In this document: positions 21,784 to 31,832 of the stretch, piece after piece
Layout of the letters: every line of letters begins with the position of its first letter
Numbering within the stretch: the first letter of the stretch is position 1
Origin: a virus
IMG/VR virus record: IMGVR_UViG_3300038312_000193
Length of the DNA stretch: 64,000 nt
Reading direction: 5' to 3' (one strand)
Program-made: the position numbers and the translations under genes
The notes under the pieces: generated by a model
The model's database searches: none
Told to the model about the DNA's origin: nothing
What the model saw: only the letters and a program-made list of their open reading frames with translations

Positions 21784-22631
21784 TTATCCTGTTGGTTCAA
21801 GATCATGCGAAATACACCAGGAACAAAATACATCTATATTAGTTCCTATTCCTTGTTGCTGTCTTACTTGTTGGTAATTATTCCAATCACAATACCAACT
21901 ACCAGCTTTGTAATAGGTCTTAATTCCGTTTACATAGCGGATTTTTAGATTACTAGTTGACTTTGTTTTGTTGCTCTTGTTTTTTGTTCTCATTTTATAC
22001 ATCTCCTTTTTATTTTTTGTATTTTAATCCTTCTTAATATGTCGGCTCTGTCATTGTCGGCACATTAAGCAGGATTAAACCTGCTTATAATTTATATTAT
22101 TGTTATGTCAAAATTCCACTCAATACAATCCTTTGTTAAATATCCATTAATATGATCTCCTTCTCTTCCTGTTAATTTCCAGCCTATTTGTTTAAAAAAC
22201 TCATAGTATTTATAAAAATATTCATTATTTGACTTTTTAAATATTTCCCATTTTTTACCGTTTGCTTTATCTGTAATAGTTTTAATCAACATTTTTTAAC
22301 CTCCTCTTATAACTCGTTACCTAATTGTCATTTGGTTTAATTATATTATTTGTTTTGCTAATGTTTCCGTTAATGGGAATCTAACTTGCTTAAATACATT
22401 GTCGTAAAACCTTGGATAATTAATATAGTCTGGAATAATCTCGCTACCATCAGGTAATAAAACTGATTGACTATAACTGCCCAATGACTTGATGCATTCC
22501 TCAATGCTGTTATAGACTTTTATACAATCAAAAGTATTGTGTTCAATCTCATAGGGTGATCTGTTATTCCATGCCCAATCATTAATTTCTCTGATCCGCA
22601 TTTTACCATCATAAAAAGCTTGATAATGCAT
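21784..22631 (-). CDS. three small hypothetical early genes
   Basis: ORFs 21784-22002, 22092-22292 and 22341-22631, each with an SD. Confidence 0.6.
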
Positions 22632-22897
22632 TATTATCCTTCCTTTCCTTCTCCTAAAATTTTACTGTACATGAAATTTGCTTTCTATCATGTTATTTTA
22701 ATGTAATTAATGCCATTCGATTAAGATCAATTGTTAATATATTGAAATGATCTAGTTTTTTAATTAAATCTGCATCATACCAGATAGGTTCTCCGTTTTC
22801 TTCAATCTCTTTTGTTATTCTGTTAATCCAATATTGCTTATTAAATACTTTAGTTTTCAATTTGTTCAACTCCTTATTTGTTTAATTCGTTATATTG

Positions 22898-22926
22898 ATT
22901 ATAAACCCTGCTATTCATATTGTCAA
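22898..22926 (-). promoter_or_regulatory. sigma-A early promoter
   Basis: Perfect TTGACA-17-TATAAT. Confidence 0.8.
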
Positions 22927-23053
22927 TATGATTTTGCTACTATCTTTATATTTTTTATTTAATTCTCTGAAAAATAAATGCCATTATTCAGGCATTCACA
23001 AAACGGCAAATAGTCATAAAATCAATCTTTTGTAATGTTCGGGAATTGTTCTG

Positions 23054-23452
23054 TTATGCTGATTTATTACTTATATATTGATAATATTTATCTGGTAATT
23101 TTACCATTAATAATAACCTGTTTGTTATTTGTCTATGCTTTTTGCAATGTCTCCATTGTTCTATATGTGCTAATTCGTGACAGATTACTTCTTCTAATGT
23201 TTGACCGTTTAATTCCCATGTGCTGGTAATACTATCTAAAATAAAGTATGTATAGCATTCATGGACAAAAAATTCATCAATTGTTATATGGTAAATATCA
23301 AATTGGTTTCTCCAACATATTCCTAATGATTCTTTTGATTTGCCTTTTAAAGTGCTATGATCCATAATTGTTATATTAATATCCATAGTGCATTCGATTT
23401 GAGTTAATGTTTTTTGTACTGTTTGATCAAAATATTCTTGCTCTGTTATCAT
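23054..23452 (-). CDS. SprT/zincin-like metallopeptidase
   Basis: ICHELAH...H motif. Confidence 0.7.
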   Translation of the reverse strand: MITEQEYFDQTVQKTLTQIECTMDINITIMDHSTLKGKSKESLGICWRNQFDIYHITIDEFFVHECYTYFILDSITSTWELNGQTLEEVICHELAHIEQWRHCKKHRQITNRLLLMVKLPDKYYQYISNKSA

Positions 23453-23696
23453 GCTTTTATACCTCCTTTCTTTATAATATCATATTCCTGCTATACTGTT
23501 ATGCTGTTTTACTTAATAATTTCCGTAGTTCTTGTTCTGTTATTTGATGTTGCACAAATAAGGTTATTAATTTAGTTTTCGTCAATGTAGCATTACCTCC
23601 TTCCTGCTGTTATTGTATTTAATTCCTTTTTAGAGTGCTAAACTGTTATTGTTATTTATATTATGTATATGTTTAGCACTCAGGAAAAGAATTAAA

Positions 23697-26127
23697 TTAT
23701 ATTGCTAATCTTTGTTTAATCTCCTGCTCTTTTTCAAATCCTGTTATGTCAATTTCTCCTGATTTAATACTGTTTTTTAAATCTCTGATAGCACACGGAC
23801 AAAAACCTTTTTTATTAAATGTTTCATTTTTTACTTCTTGCCAGAATTTTTTATCTTCCATTCTTTTCTTTTCCTTAATTGTTTTGATTCTATTATTAAA
23901 TTGATTTAAAGTATTTTCTAGTGCTGAGTCAGCCTTTTCTATTCCGTATTCTTCTAATACTTTATTGTATCGGTTTATTACCTCTTCTTTTGTGATTCCT
24001 GTTAGTTCGGCTGTTATTGCTGTTTTAACTATTTGATCAACCAATTTGTTAAATTGTTTTTCTAACATCTTTTATTATTCCTCCTTTTATTATGCTATTT
24101 CACTTTTATATTGTATTCTGTTTATTAGATCATTACATAGTTCTGTTATAGCATTGGCCTGTTTTTCACTCTCCGCATTAAAAGGTATTTCGTCTTTTAT
24201 TAATTCTAAACTGTTAATGTTATACTCAAAAATGTATTCTGGCATACAGTAGGATATTGTCTCAGCTAACATATTAAATCTTCCCAGGATAACAGGGTAT
24301 TCTTGCCAATCAATATTATTTTCAATTTGTATTATATCCTTTGTAGAGATTAAACCAGATAGCATATTTTTTGCTACTCTGACCATTTCTTTTTCTACTA
24401 TATTGTTTTTATATGCCTGATAATAATATGAGTAATTACTAAGTAATTGATCTTTTTCTTTTTTGTTCATCCTGTTATACCTCCAATCTATTTATTGATC
24501 CAATCGGTTATTTGGTGTTATTGTTATACTAATTCTAAAAAATCAATTTTAATATTTCGAGTAACACCATTTACTTTTACTTTAGCAATATTACCAGATT
24601 CTTTTGTATTTATTGCCATTACTTTTCCTTTTTCAATTGGTACTAATTTGATTACAGGATCAAACTTTTTAACTCTGTTATTATATTTTTCATTAGTCTT
24701 TACGGTATCACCTATTTTAATATTCATTTCGTTACCTCCTTCTGTTATTTGTTTTTAAATTGCATGTAGTCATTAATATCTAGCAAGCTGTAAACATAAC
24801 CTAATAAACTGTTATGCTTATATATTGCGTATGTTTTTTCGTTTTGATCGTATATTAAGGTTATGTTATGCTTATTTTCGTAGTGTTTAATTGCTTGGTG
24901 TTTACTCATTTTTATTAACCTCCTTCTGTTATTCTGTTATTAATTTTATCATATCAGTAATATGATAGCAAGATAAATTTATTTTGTTGTTATAGTGTTA
25001 TGCTGTTAATAAATCGTTATATCTTACTACTCCTTTTATATAGCTCCCGATATCTCTAATTTTAGCAGGTAAATAATATGGCAATTCTTTTTGTTGCAAT
25101 GTTTTATTGAGGTTATACCATTTTATAAAATAGTTATGTTGATATTCGGTGAATGATTTTATTAGTTTTTGTATTTCTTCAATTGTGAGTGATCCTTCAT
25201 ATTTTCCGTATATGCTGTTATTGTTTATTAATTTGTCAAGTGATACATATAATTCGTTAATTTTATAACAATAGTCTTTTATTTGTTCTTCAAGTAAAAA
25301 CATATACTGGTTATAGTCTGATTCTGTTATTTCTATCATATTGTTATCACCTCTTTTCTGTTATAGTTTATTATAATCCTTTATAAATAGCACTACAATT
25401 TATTTTATTACTGTAATGCTATCTAAAAAAATTATAATTCCGTATGTAGTAATAACCTAGCAGGATCAAGACGGTTAAATATATCCTGCACATTAACCAT
25501 GTTGTCGCTGTTATAAAATTTTTCAGATTGTAAATACTGGTATAGTTCTGTTATTAGTTCGGCTGATTCTGTTATACGGTTTTTTAGTTCCTGGTTATCT
25601 TCCTGTAATTGTTTAATATAATTCATCGTGTTACCTCCTGTTATTTTAGTTTTCTATAAACTCTACTAAATGTAAGCCTTGATGCCAATTATATTTTGAT
25701 ATCTGACCACTAAAAATATTATAATCAGCATCGACAAACAAGGTAATACCATTTACATCTTTTTTTATTTCTTCCCGATATGGCTTGATATATGTTTTGC
25801 CTAATAGATGATGTGTATCACCTGTTATGTCGTAAACATCCGCAAATAAACCATTATCAGTTAATACGCTTGCTTTAATATCAGTAATATTAATCATTCT
25901 GTTACCTCCTATTTATGTAATATAATTTTATTTTGTTGTTCCCAACCTTTTAACCAGTTATTTGTTATTTGTTCTTTTAATTCGGGAAATGTACTCCATA
26001 ACCATTGACAACATGTGTCAAGTGCTGGTTGCCGATATCCTGCCTTACACCTGTAATTTTTACCACAAATAAAAGCAATATTTTCTGCTTGATTTTTAGT
26101 GGTTTTTAAAAGTGATTGATAATTCAT
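23697..26127 (-). CDS. cluster of seven small hypothetical genes
   Basis: ORFs 23697-24068, 24090-24470, 24524-24727, 24998-25339, 25432-25626, 25646-25897 and 25909-26127, all with strong SDs. Confidence 0.65.
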
Positions 26128-26141
26128 TATATTACCTCCTA

Positions 26142-26448
26142 TTATAATTTTACTGCTATAGTTCCATTACGAACCCAACAATCCGAATTGCCTATAACTG
26201 TTACTATTGTTATAGTTCTGTATGTTATATTGCAGACTACGCTAAAATTATTTTGTTTGTCCATGATGAAAATATCACGGTTAGAACCACTGTAATCTGT
26301 TATGGTTTTTTGGCCTAATGATAGGATTGATCCTGTTACCTGATACAAGTCAATTTGTCTTTCTTGTAGTCGCTGTTCTGCGTGATTTGTTAAGCGAATA
26401 GAGTAGGTTTTGTTTTGGATTGTAAATGACAATATCATTATTCCTGGT
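26142..26448 (-). CDS. DUF4258/RelE-fold-like protein (possible RNase)
   Basis: IRLTNHAEQRLQER...ITIVTV pattern; start placed after AGGAGG. Confidence 0.5.
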
Positions 26449-26637
26449 TTCCTCCTTCTGCTACTGTTATGGGAATTATAGGATTTTTGGGTAATGGTAC
26501 TATTATTATACATTGTTTCACCTCCTTGTATGTTAATAAATCCTTTATTGAGTGCTATATATTTTAATTATATTACTGTTATACTGTTATGCTTTTATTA
26601 GCACTCTAAAAAGATTTAATTATATTGTTATTGTGTA

Positions 26638-26916
26638 TTATGCCTCTACTAATTCAAAATGATGTCCACTATATCCTTTATCTAAAATACTAACAGAATA
26701 TAATTTGCCAGTTTTACATGGTGGCAGGTTATAATTTGGATATTGTACATGATCATGTGGTGGAAAATAAGCAAAATTGTCTTTTGTGGCCTTCAACATT
26801 ATTTTTTTACCGTTGTTGTTCTCATGTTGGTATACTACCTTGGAATTTTCAACGTGTGCAGTTTCAAATACTTCATGAGGTTTGTTATTCATGCCTAGAT
26901 AAATTATTTTTTTCAT
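26638..26916 (-). CDS. hypothetical protein
   Basis: ORF with AGGAGG SD. Confidence 0.65.
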   Translation of the reverse strand: MKKIIYLGMNNKPHEVFETAHVENSKVVYQHENNNGKKIMLKATKDNFAYFPPHDHVQYPNYNLPPCKTGKLYSVSILDKGYSGHHFELVEA

Positions 26917-27041
26917 TATTTGATCCTCCTATACTTCTATTATTTTACTTCTCTGTTATAGTTTTTAGAGGTTATGTTAATACCCTCTATAGAGCCATCA
27001 TTTTATATTACCATTTTATGATGACTCTAACAAGGTACTAA

Positions 27042-27539
27042 TTATGCTATTGCTTGTCTTTGTTCTCTTTCATCTCTGTTAACCATTTCGCTACCATATA
27101 AATTGCGAATTTCTTCTATAGTTAATTCTTTTTTGGATTTTTTGCGGAAAGTTCCAGGTTTCCAGTACCAAGCTAATTTTTTGCCTGAGAAGGTGAAACC
27201 TAACTCTTTTAATATGTCTTTATGTTGTTTGGTTTCGCCTGTTATCCAAAGCCATGTGCCACAAAGTTCTATTGTTATTCCTTCAAGGTTTATTATTTTG
27301 TCTATGATTTCTCTGTATCCATCAAAAGGATCGAAATTTTGTGTATACTCTTTTTTGGTTTCATGGTTGTAACCTGTAAAAGTTTTGTTCTTGAATGCTT
27401 CATACTGTAGGTTAATCTGCTTCATTGTTTCGGTGGTATCATTGTCATGGTTATGGTCTGGATGAAATTTTTGTGCAAGTTCTCTGTAACGTTTTTTAAT
27501 TTCCTCTATTGAGTTACAATCGGAAAAATAGTTTAACAT
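27042..27539 (-). CDS. Phage J-domain (DnaJ-like) protein
   Basis: EEIKKRYRELAQKFHPD...MKQINLQY. Confidence 0.85.
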   Translation of the reverse strand: MLNYFSDCNSIEEIKKRYRELAQKFHPDHNHDNDTTETMKQINLQYEAFKNKTFTGYNHETKKEYTQNFDPFDGYREIIDKIINLEGITIELCGTWLWITGETKQHKDILKELGFTFSGKKLAWYWKPGTFRKKSKKELTIEEIRNLYGSEMVNRDEREQRQAIA

Positions 27540-27631
27540 TTTTATCAATCCTTCCTTATGTTTATTTTATTGGTTTAATATCCTCTATAGAATACATTAA
27601 CTGTTATATGCTAATGTATTCTAACAAGATA

Positions 27632-27997
27632 CTAAATAAAATATAGTTCGTTATTAACTTCCAAACTAATTGCATCCTGGTTTGATATTTCTTTTAATTC
27701 TTCTCCTATTTCTATAGCTGCTTCGATGCTATTTTCTAGGTTATTACTATAACTGAAAACTACTACTATTTTTTCCTTTATCAATTCTCCTGCTACACTT
27801 TTCCAATAGCCTAACGCCTGTGTTGATGTTGCTCCTCCGTTAACTTCACTAAATTTACTAGCTGTTAAGTCTACCATTTTTTGAATTAAATCAGTTGGTA
27901 GTTCCTGGTTGTTTTTGTCTCTGGTTGGTACATATAAACTTACTTTGTGAGATAGTTTAAAAAGGTTTTTTAAGGTTTTTTTGTTTTCGTTATTCAT
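27632..27997 (-). CDS. hypothetical protein (DUF3574/GlnB-like ferredoxin fold possible)
   Basis: GGAT..QA.GYW....GELIKE pattern. Confidence 0.45.
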   Translation of the reverse strand: MNNENKKTLKNLFKLSHKVSLYVPTRDKNNQELPTDLIQKMVDLTASKFSEVNGGATSTQALGYWKSVAGELIKEKIVVVFSYSNNLENSIEAAIEIGEELKEISNQDAISLEVNNELYFI

Positions 27998-28081
27998 TTT
28001 GTTATAATCTCCTTTTTGTTTTTTATTTAAGGGAATAACCCTTATTTTTTGAATCAAATTTCGGTTTGGTGTTGAGTGGTT

Positions 28082-28258
28082 TTATAATCCTGCTAATTTT
28101 AATCTGGTAAACTCTTTTGCTGCCTCGGTATAAGATGTATACTTTTTGTCGTTGAATTTGTTACGGACAATGTATTCACCTGCTTCATTAATTCCTAATT
28201 GTAAGATACCTTTAAAATTAAGTTCACGATTTTTTAATACTTCAATTTTCTCTCTCAT
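28082..28258 (-). CDS. small hypothetical protein (58 aa), first gene of the operon
   Basis: GAGGTG SD; MREKIEVLKNRELNFKG... Confidence 0.6.
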   Translation of the reverse strand: MREKIEVLKNRELNFKGILQLGINEAGEYIVRNKFNDKKYTSYTEAAKEFTRLKLAGL

Positions 28259-28297
28259 TTTATCACCTCTTTCCTTTTAATGAATTCTATATATATT

Positions 28298-28326
28298 ATA
28301 TTCTACATCGCTTTTAAATATCCTTC
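28298..28326 (-). promoter_or_regulatory. sigma-H-type promoter
   Basis: GAAGGATAT-11-GTAGAATAT matches RNAGGAWWW-11/12-RNNGAATWW. Confidence 0.6.
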
Positions 28327-29230
28327 TTTTTTATAAATTTATTTTATATTTTTAATGTGCTAGAAATGCCTATATTACGGGATTTGTAGGGTATGCATAA
28401 ATATTCATAAAAATAATTTTTTATACATTTATATGGTTTAAATGCCTATATAATGGGGTTTGTGAAATATTAGTACGTTGATGTAAGGTATACATTAAAT
28501 CATGTATATTATACAGGTTTATGAATAGATATGCATTGATTGAAGTAGGTTTATGCTCTTTTATACCCTATGAGGGTATGTAGAAATGGCTTAATATTGG
28601 GGGTTTGTGAGGTATGGAAAAATGAGGTTGTGTAGTGCGTTTTAAGGTATGTATATTTATTTTATTGATATAATAGTCGTGAGAGTGGGAATGTTGGGTG
28701 TAGGTGGTATAATGTAGGTATGGTGGGATTTTTGGGGATTTTGGTTTGTACAAGGTTTATGCATCGATAATGTATATTTATATTGTGGGTTTGGTTGTGG
28801 CCTGGATTGATTTATCTAATATCTTACTAACTAATCATTATAATAATATTGTATCGTCTTATATTTATTATATAATAAGTTATTATATTTTTATGTTGCT
28901 ATCTTATTATCTTATTATATTACTAACATATTATATTATTATTATGTGATATTATTATGTTGATATACTAACATCATATTAAGTTTATATAATTGTATCA
29001 ACATATCATATTATAATATTACCATATTATATTCGCATATTAATATTTTATTATTTTAACAATTTAATATCATATTATTATAATAACTTAATATCTTAAT
29101 ATTATAATAACATAACTTTTTATTATCTTATAATTATAATATGATGTTGGTTTAATATGGTACTAATATTATAATATAGTGGTATAGTTAGGTTATATGT
29201 TAGTTAGATTGTAGGATATTAAAATAATAG

Positions 29231-29260
29231 GCAAAAAAAATAAACCCCATGCGGGGTTTA
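29231..29260 (-). terminator. Rho-independent terminator
   Basis: TAAACCCC GCAT GGGGTTTA followed by T8. Confidence 0.85.
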
Positions 29261-29480
29261 TCTAATCATATCCGGTCTTTGCTGCATTGCCTTGTAAACT
29301 CTGCTGTAACCGTAATGATTTGTGATTTGGCCTATTATCGTATCTTTATTGGACTGACGATTAATTGATATGTGAGCTTCTTTTGCTAATTGTAGTAGTT
29401 CGGATTTTTTGCACTTGCTTAATATTTCGGTGCTTGCCTCCCTGGTCATTGATTTTAGCTGATTGATTAATTCTGCCATC
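29258..29480 (-). CDS. small helical protein (possible Rho-N/SAP-like)
   Basis: KKSELLQLAKE.HI......K..II; has its own promoter (29558-29586) and terminator. Confidence 0.55.
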
Positions 29481-29749
29481 AATATACACTCTCCTTTTAT
29501 ATTATTATTTTGTTTTTAAAGATCATTGATTGTGGGTTTATGTCTATCTCTATTATTATTTTATCAAAGTATTGTAATGTTGTCAATATGATAATTGATA
29601 TTTTTTGAGATTTTTTAAGATTAATTTTAGTGAAAAGTTGTCACTTTATAACCTATAATATAAGCATTTTTAAAAATTGACTATTTAGACGGTATATTAT
29701 ATAGTATCTCTATATGTCCTTCTAATTAGTCAATTTTTATATTTCTATT

Positions 29750-30793
29750 CTATTTTAATCTCAATAATAATTCTGCCAGTTCAAATTGAGCATTAAGATA
29801 TTTATCCTCAGTTAATCTGAAGAATTTATTTATTGCTATGCTATTTGGTAAACCTATTATATCATCCATATACTTTTCTATTTGTTGATCATATTCTTTT
29901 TGGCTCTTTTCTAAATTATATTTTGCTTGCTCATTTACTGCATTTATTACTTTATCATTTAACATTATTCGTTGCATATTTAATTCGGCCTGTTGCAACG
30001 CTTGTATTATATGATCCTTGACAAATATTATTTTAATATCAGTATATATATAATTTATATTATAGTTCTCTTTTAATAACTCATTTACTCTATTGTAAAA
30101 TTCTTTATGCTTGAATTTTAAATACACTAAAGTAATGCTATCTAGGTTCATTTCATTAAGTACTATTTTCTTTATTGCTAATATGTTTTTCTTTTCTTCA
30201 TCGGTAGCAGGTCTTATATTATTATGTAATATTTCGTTTATATCTGGCTCAATAATATTAATCATAGTTAATTCTTCATAATCAATTAGACATCTATTTT
30301 TTAGATTACGCAATGTATCAAATAATATCTTCCTTAACTTTTGATAGGTTCGCTGATAAAAATGGTTTATTTGATAGTTTGTAATGATGTCATTTTGTTT
30401 CTTTAGTTCCTCTTTATTTTCTTGTATGTAGTTTGAATTGATCATACCCATTAATAAAAATAGTTTCTTTAGAGTTAGTGTGGTAGTATATCCTTGTTGC
30501 TTAGATAGATAGTTGAGTAATATTAATTCAATATGTTGTATATATTTACTTGTGTTGCCTAATGATCTTTTATCTTCTTTTGGTAATGGTTGGTTGTATA
30601 TCTCAGTAATTATGTATTTTTGTCCTACTTTTTCATAATCAAAGTATCTTTGCCATTCTTTATGTTGTGATTTTTTACTGTCTCCTGCTTTTATTTCTTG
30701 TGATAGTAAAGCGCATAAGGTTTTATAATTTTTGATTGTATCGCCAGGATGTAAAGTTTTTTGGATTTGATTGTATAATTTTGTATCTGGCAT
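29750..30793 (-). CDS. Putative DNA-binding/replication protein, paralog A
   Basis: AGGAGG SD before MPDTK; alignable to 33118-34269. Confidence 0.65.
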   Translation of the reverse strand: MPDTKLYNQIQKTLHPGDTIKNYKTLCALLSQEIKAGDSKKSQHKEWQRYFDYEKVGQKYIITEIYNQPLPKEDKRSLGNTSKYIQHIELILLNYLSKQQGYTTTLTLKKLFLLMGMINSNYIQENKEELKKQNDIITNYQINHFYQRTYQKLRKILFDTLRNLKNRCLIDYEELTMINIIEPDINEILHNNIRPATDEEKKNILAIKKIVLNEMNLDSITLVYLKFKHKEFYNRVNELLKENYNINYIYTDIKIIFVKDHIIQALQQAELNMQRIMLNDKVINAVNEQAKYNLEKSQKEYDQQIEKYMDDIIGLPNSIAINKFFRLTEDKYLNAQFELAELLLRLK

Positions 30794-31292
30794 AATGGTA
30801 TTAGTTCCTCCTTTTATATGGTATATAATTTGTGGCGTATGCATAGCATAGGTAATTATATTATAGCATAGTTGGTTGTGATTTGCAATTTGTTTATATT
30901 ATAGATATAATGGGATTTATAACTGTATTAGTTGAAGTAGTACAGTTAATACAATATTACTTCGATGGCAAATTTCCTGTTATCAAATCCGAATATTTAG
31001 AAGTTTATCTAAATATCTAAATATTATTCGTTTGGGCGTATTCTGGCAGGTTGTGGCCTGATACTATGAGTAGATACCAGGATTAATCAGGATCAATTCT
31101 ATATCATTAGTTTGTGCAGCTTAACCCGTATTTATTCCCTTCATTCCTGCCATAATGCAGGATAACACATATTATCTAGTATTAATTAATAGCTTGTAAA
31201 TGGCTATATATCGGTATTTGTAGCTATATTCAAACATTTATTACATTACCAATATATTATTATCCAGGCTAGACGGGGGTACTTTACAAAAA

Positions 31293-31319
31293 GAACAACC
31301 GTTTGTAGAACAGATGTTT
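31293..31319. promoter_or_regulatory. Tandem LexA-like boxes
   Basis: GAAC-AACC-GTTT and GAAC-AGAT-GTTT, 15 bp apart. Confidence 0.45.
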
Positions 31320-31765
31320 GCCTATCTCTTCTATCAACAGACTATGAAAATTTTTCATACCGACAATCTTAATTCTTTCAACAAATACCCATCGTTCTAA
31401 TTTCGTTTAATACCCCAACCTACAAAACATCCTATAACTCCCAACCATCTTAAAATCAACCTTATCAACTCCTAAACCATCTATATAATCAAAATTCAAA
31501 CCCACTCAAACGCCCAATGAATCAACATTTACAACTATTCCTTTACTCAACTACTACTATATATAATAACAATTTCACCGAATCAACTTTTAACCTATCT
31601 AACCAATCTAAAAACAACATTCTATTAACAACCAAAATTCCTTTAAAATCCTACTATTTAACTAACTCTAACATATAATTAACGCCCACTCTGGATTAAT
31701 TCACCGACAACCAACTATCAAAATAATCATATCTAAAAAAATTTCACATTTATTTTATAATTTTC

Positions 31766-31794
31766 TTGACACTTCTAATATTATCTTGTATTAT
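31766..31794 (+). promoter_or_regulatory. sigma-A promoter of the recombinase
   Basis: TTGACA-17-TATTAT. Confidence 0.7.
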
Positions 31795-31832
31795 TATATT
31801 AATAATTTAACTAAAACAAAGGAGATAACAAA

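Larger units (their letters stand above)
23051..27607 (-). repeat. Dense polar heptamer array ATAACAG (CTGTTAT on +)
   Basis: 30 same-orientation copies counted by hand in 4.6 kb. Confidence 0.9.

Noticed and set aside
23051-27607. CRISPR array or Pho-box interpretation of the CTGTTAT repeats
   Set aside because: Repeats are only 7 nt, irregularly spaced and inside ORFs. Tandem pairs are 8 bp apart, not the 11 bp of Pho boxes.
7045-28949. Plus-strand ORFs in the left arm (and minus-strand ORFs at 42669, 43497, 44486, 44846, 49600, 52556, 56795, 56992, 57306)
   Set aside because: Antisense shadows of real genes or low-complexity DNA; no SD and no motifs.
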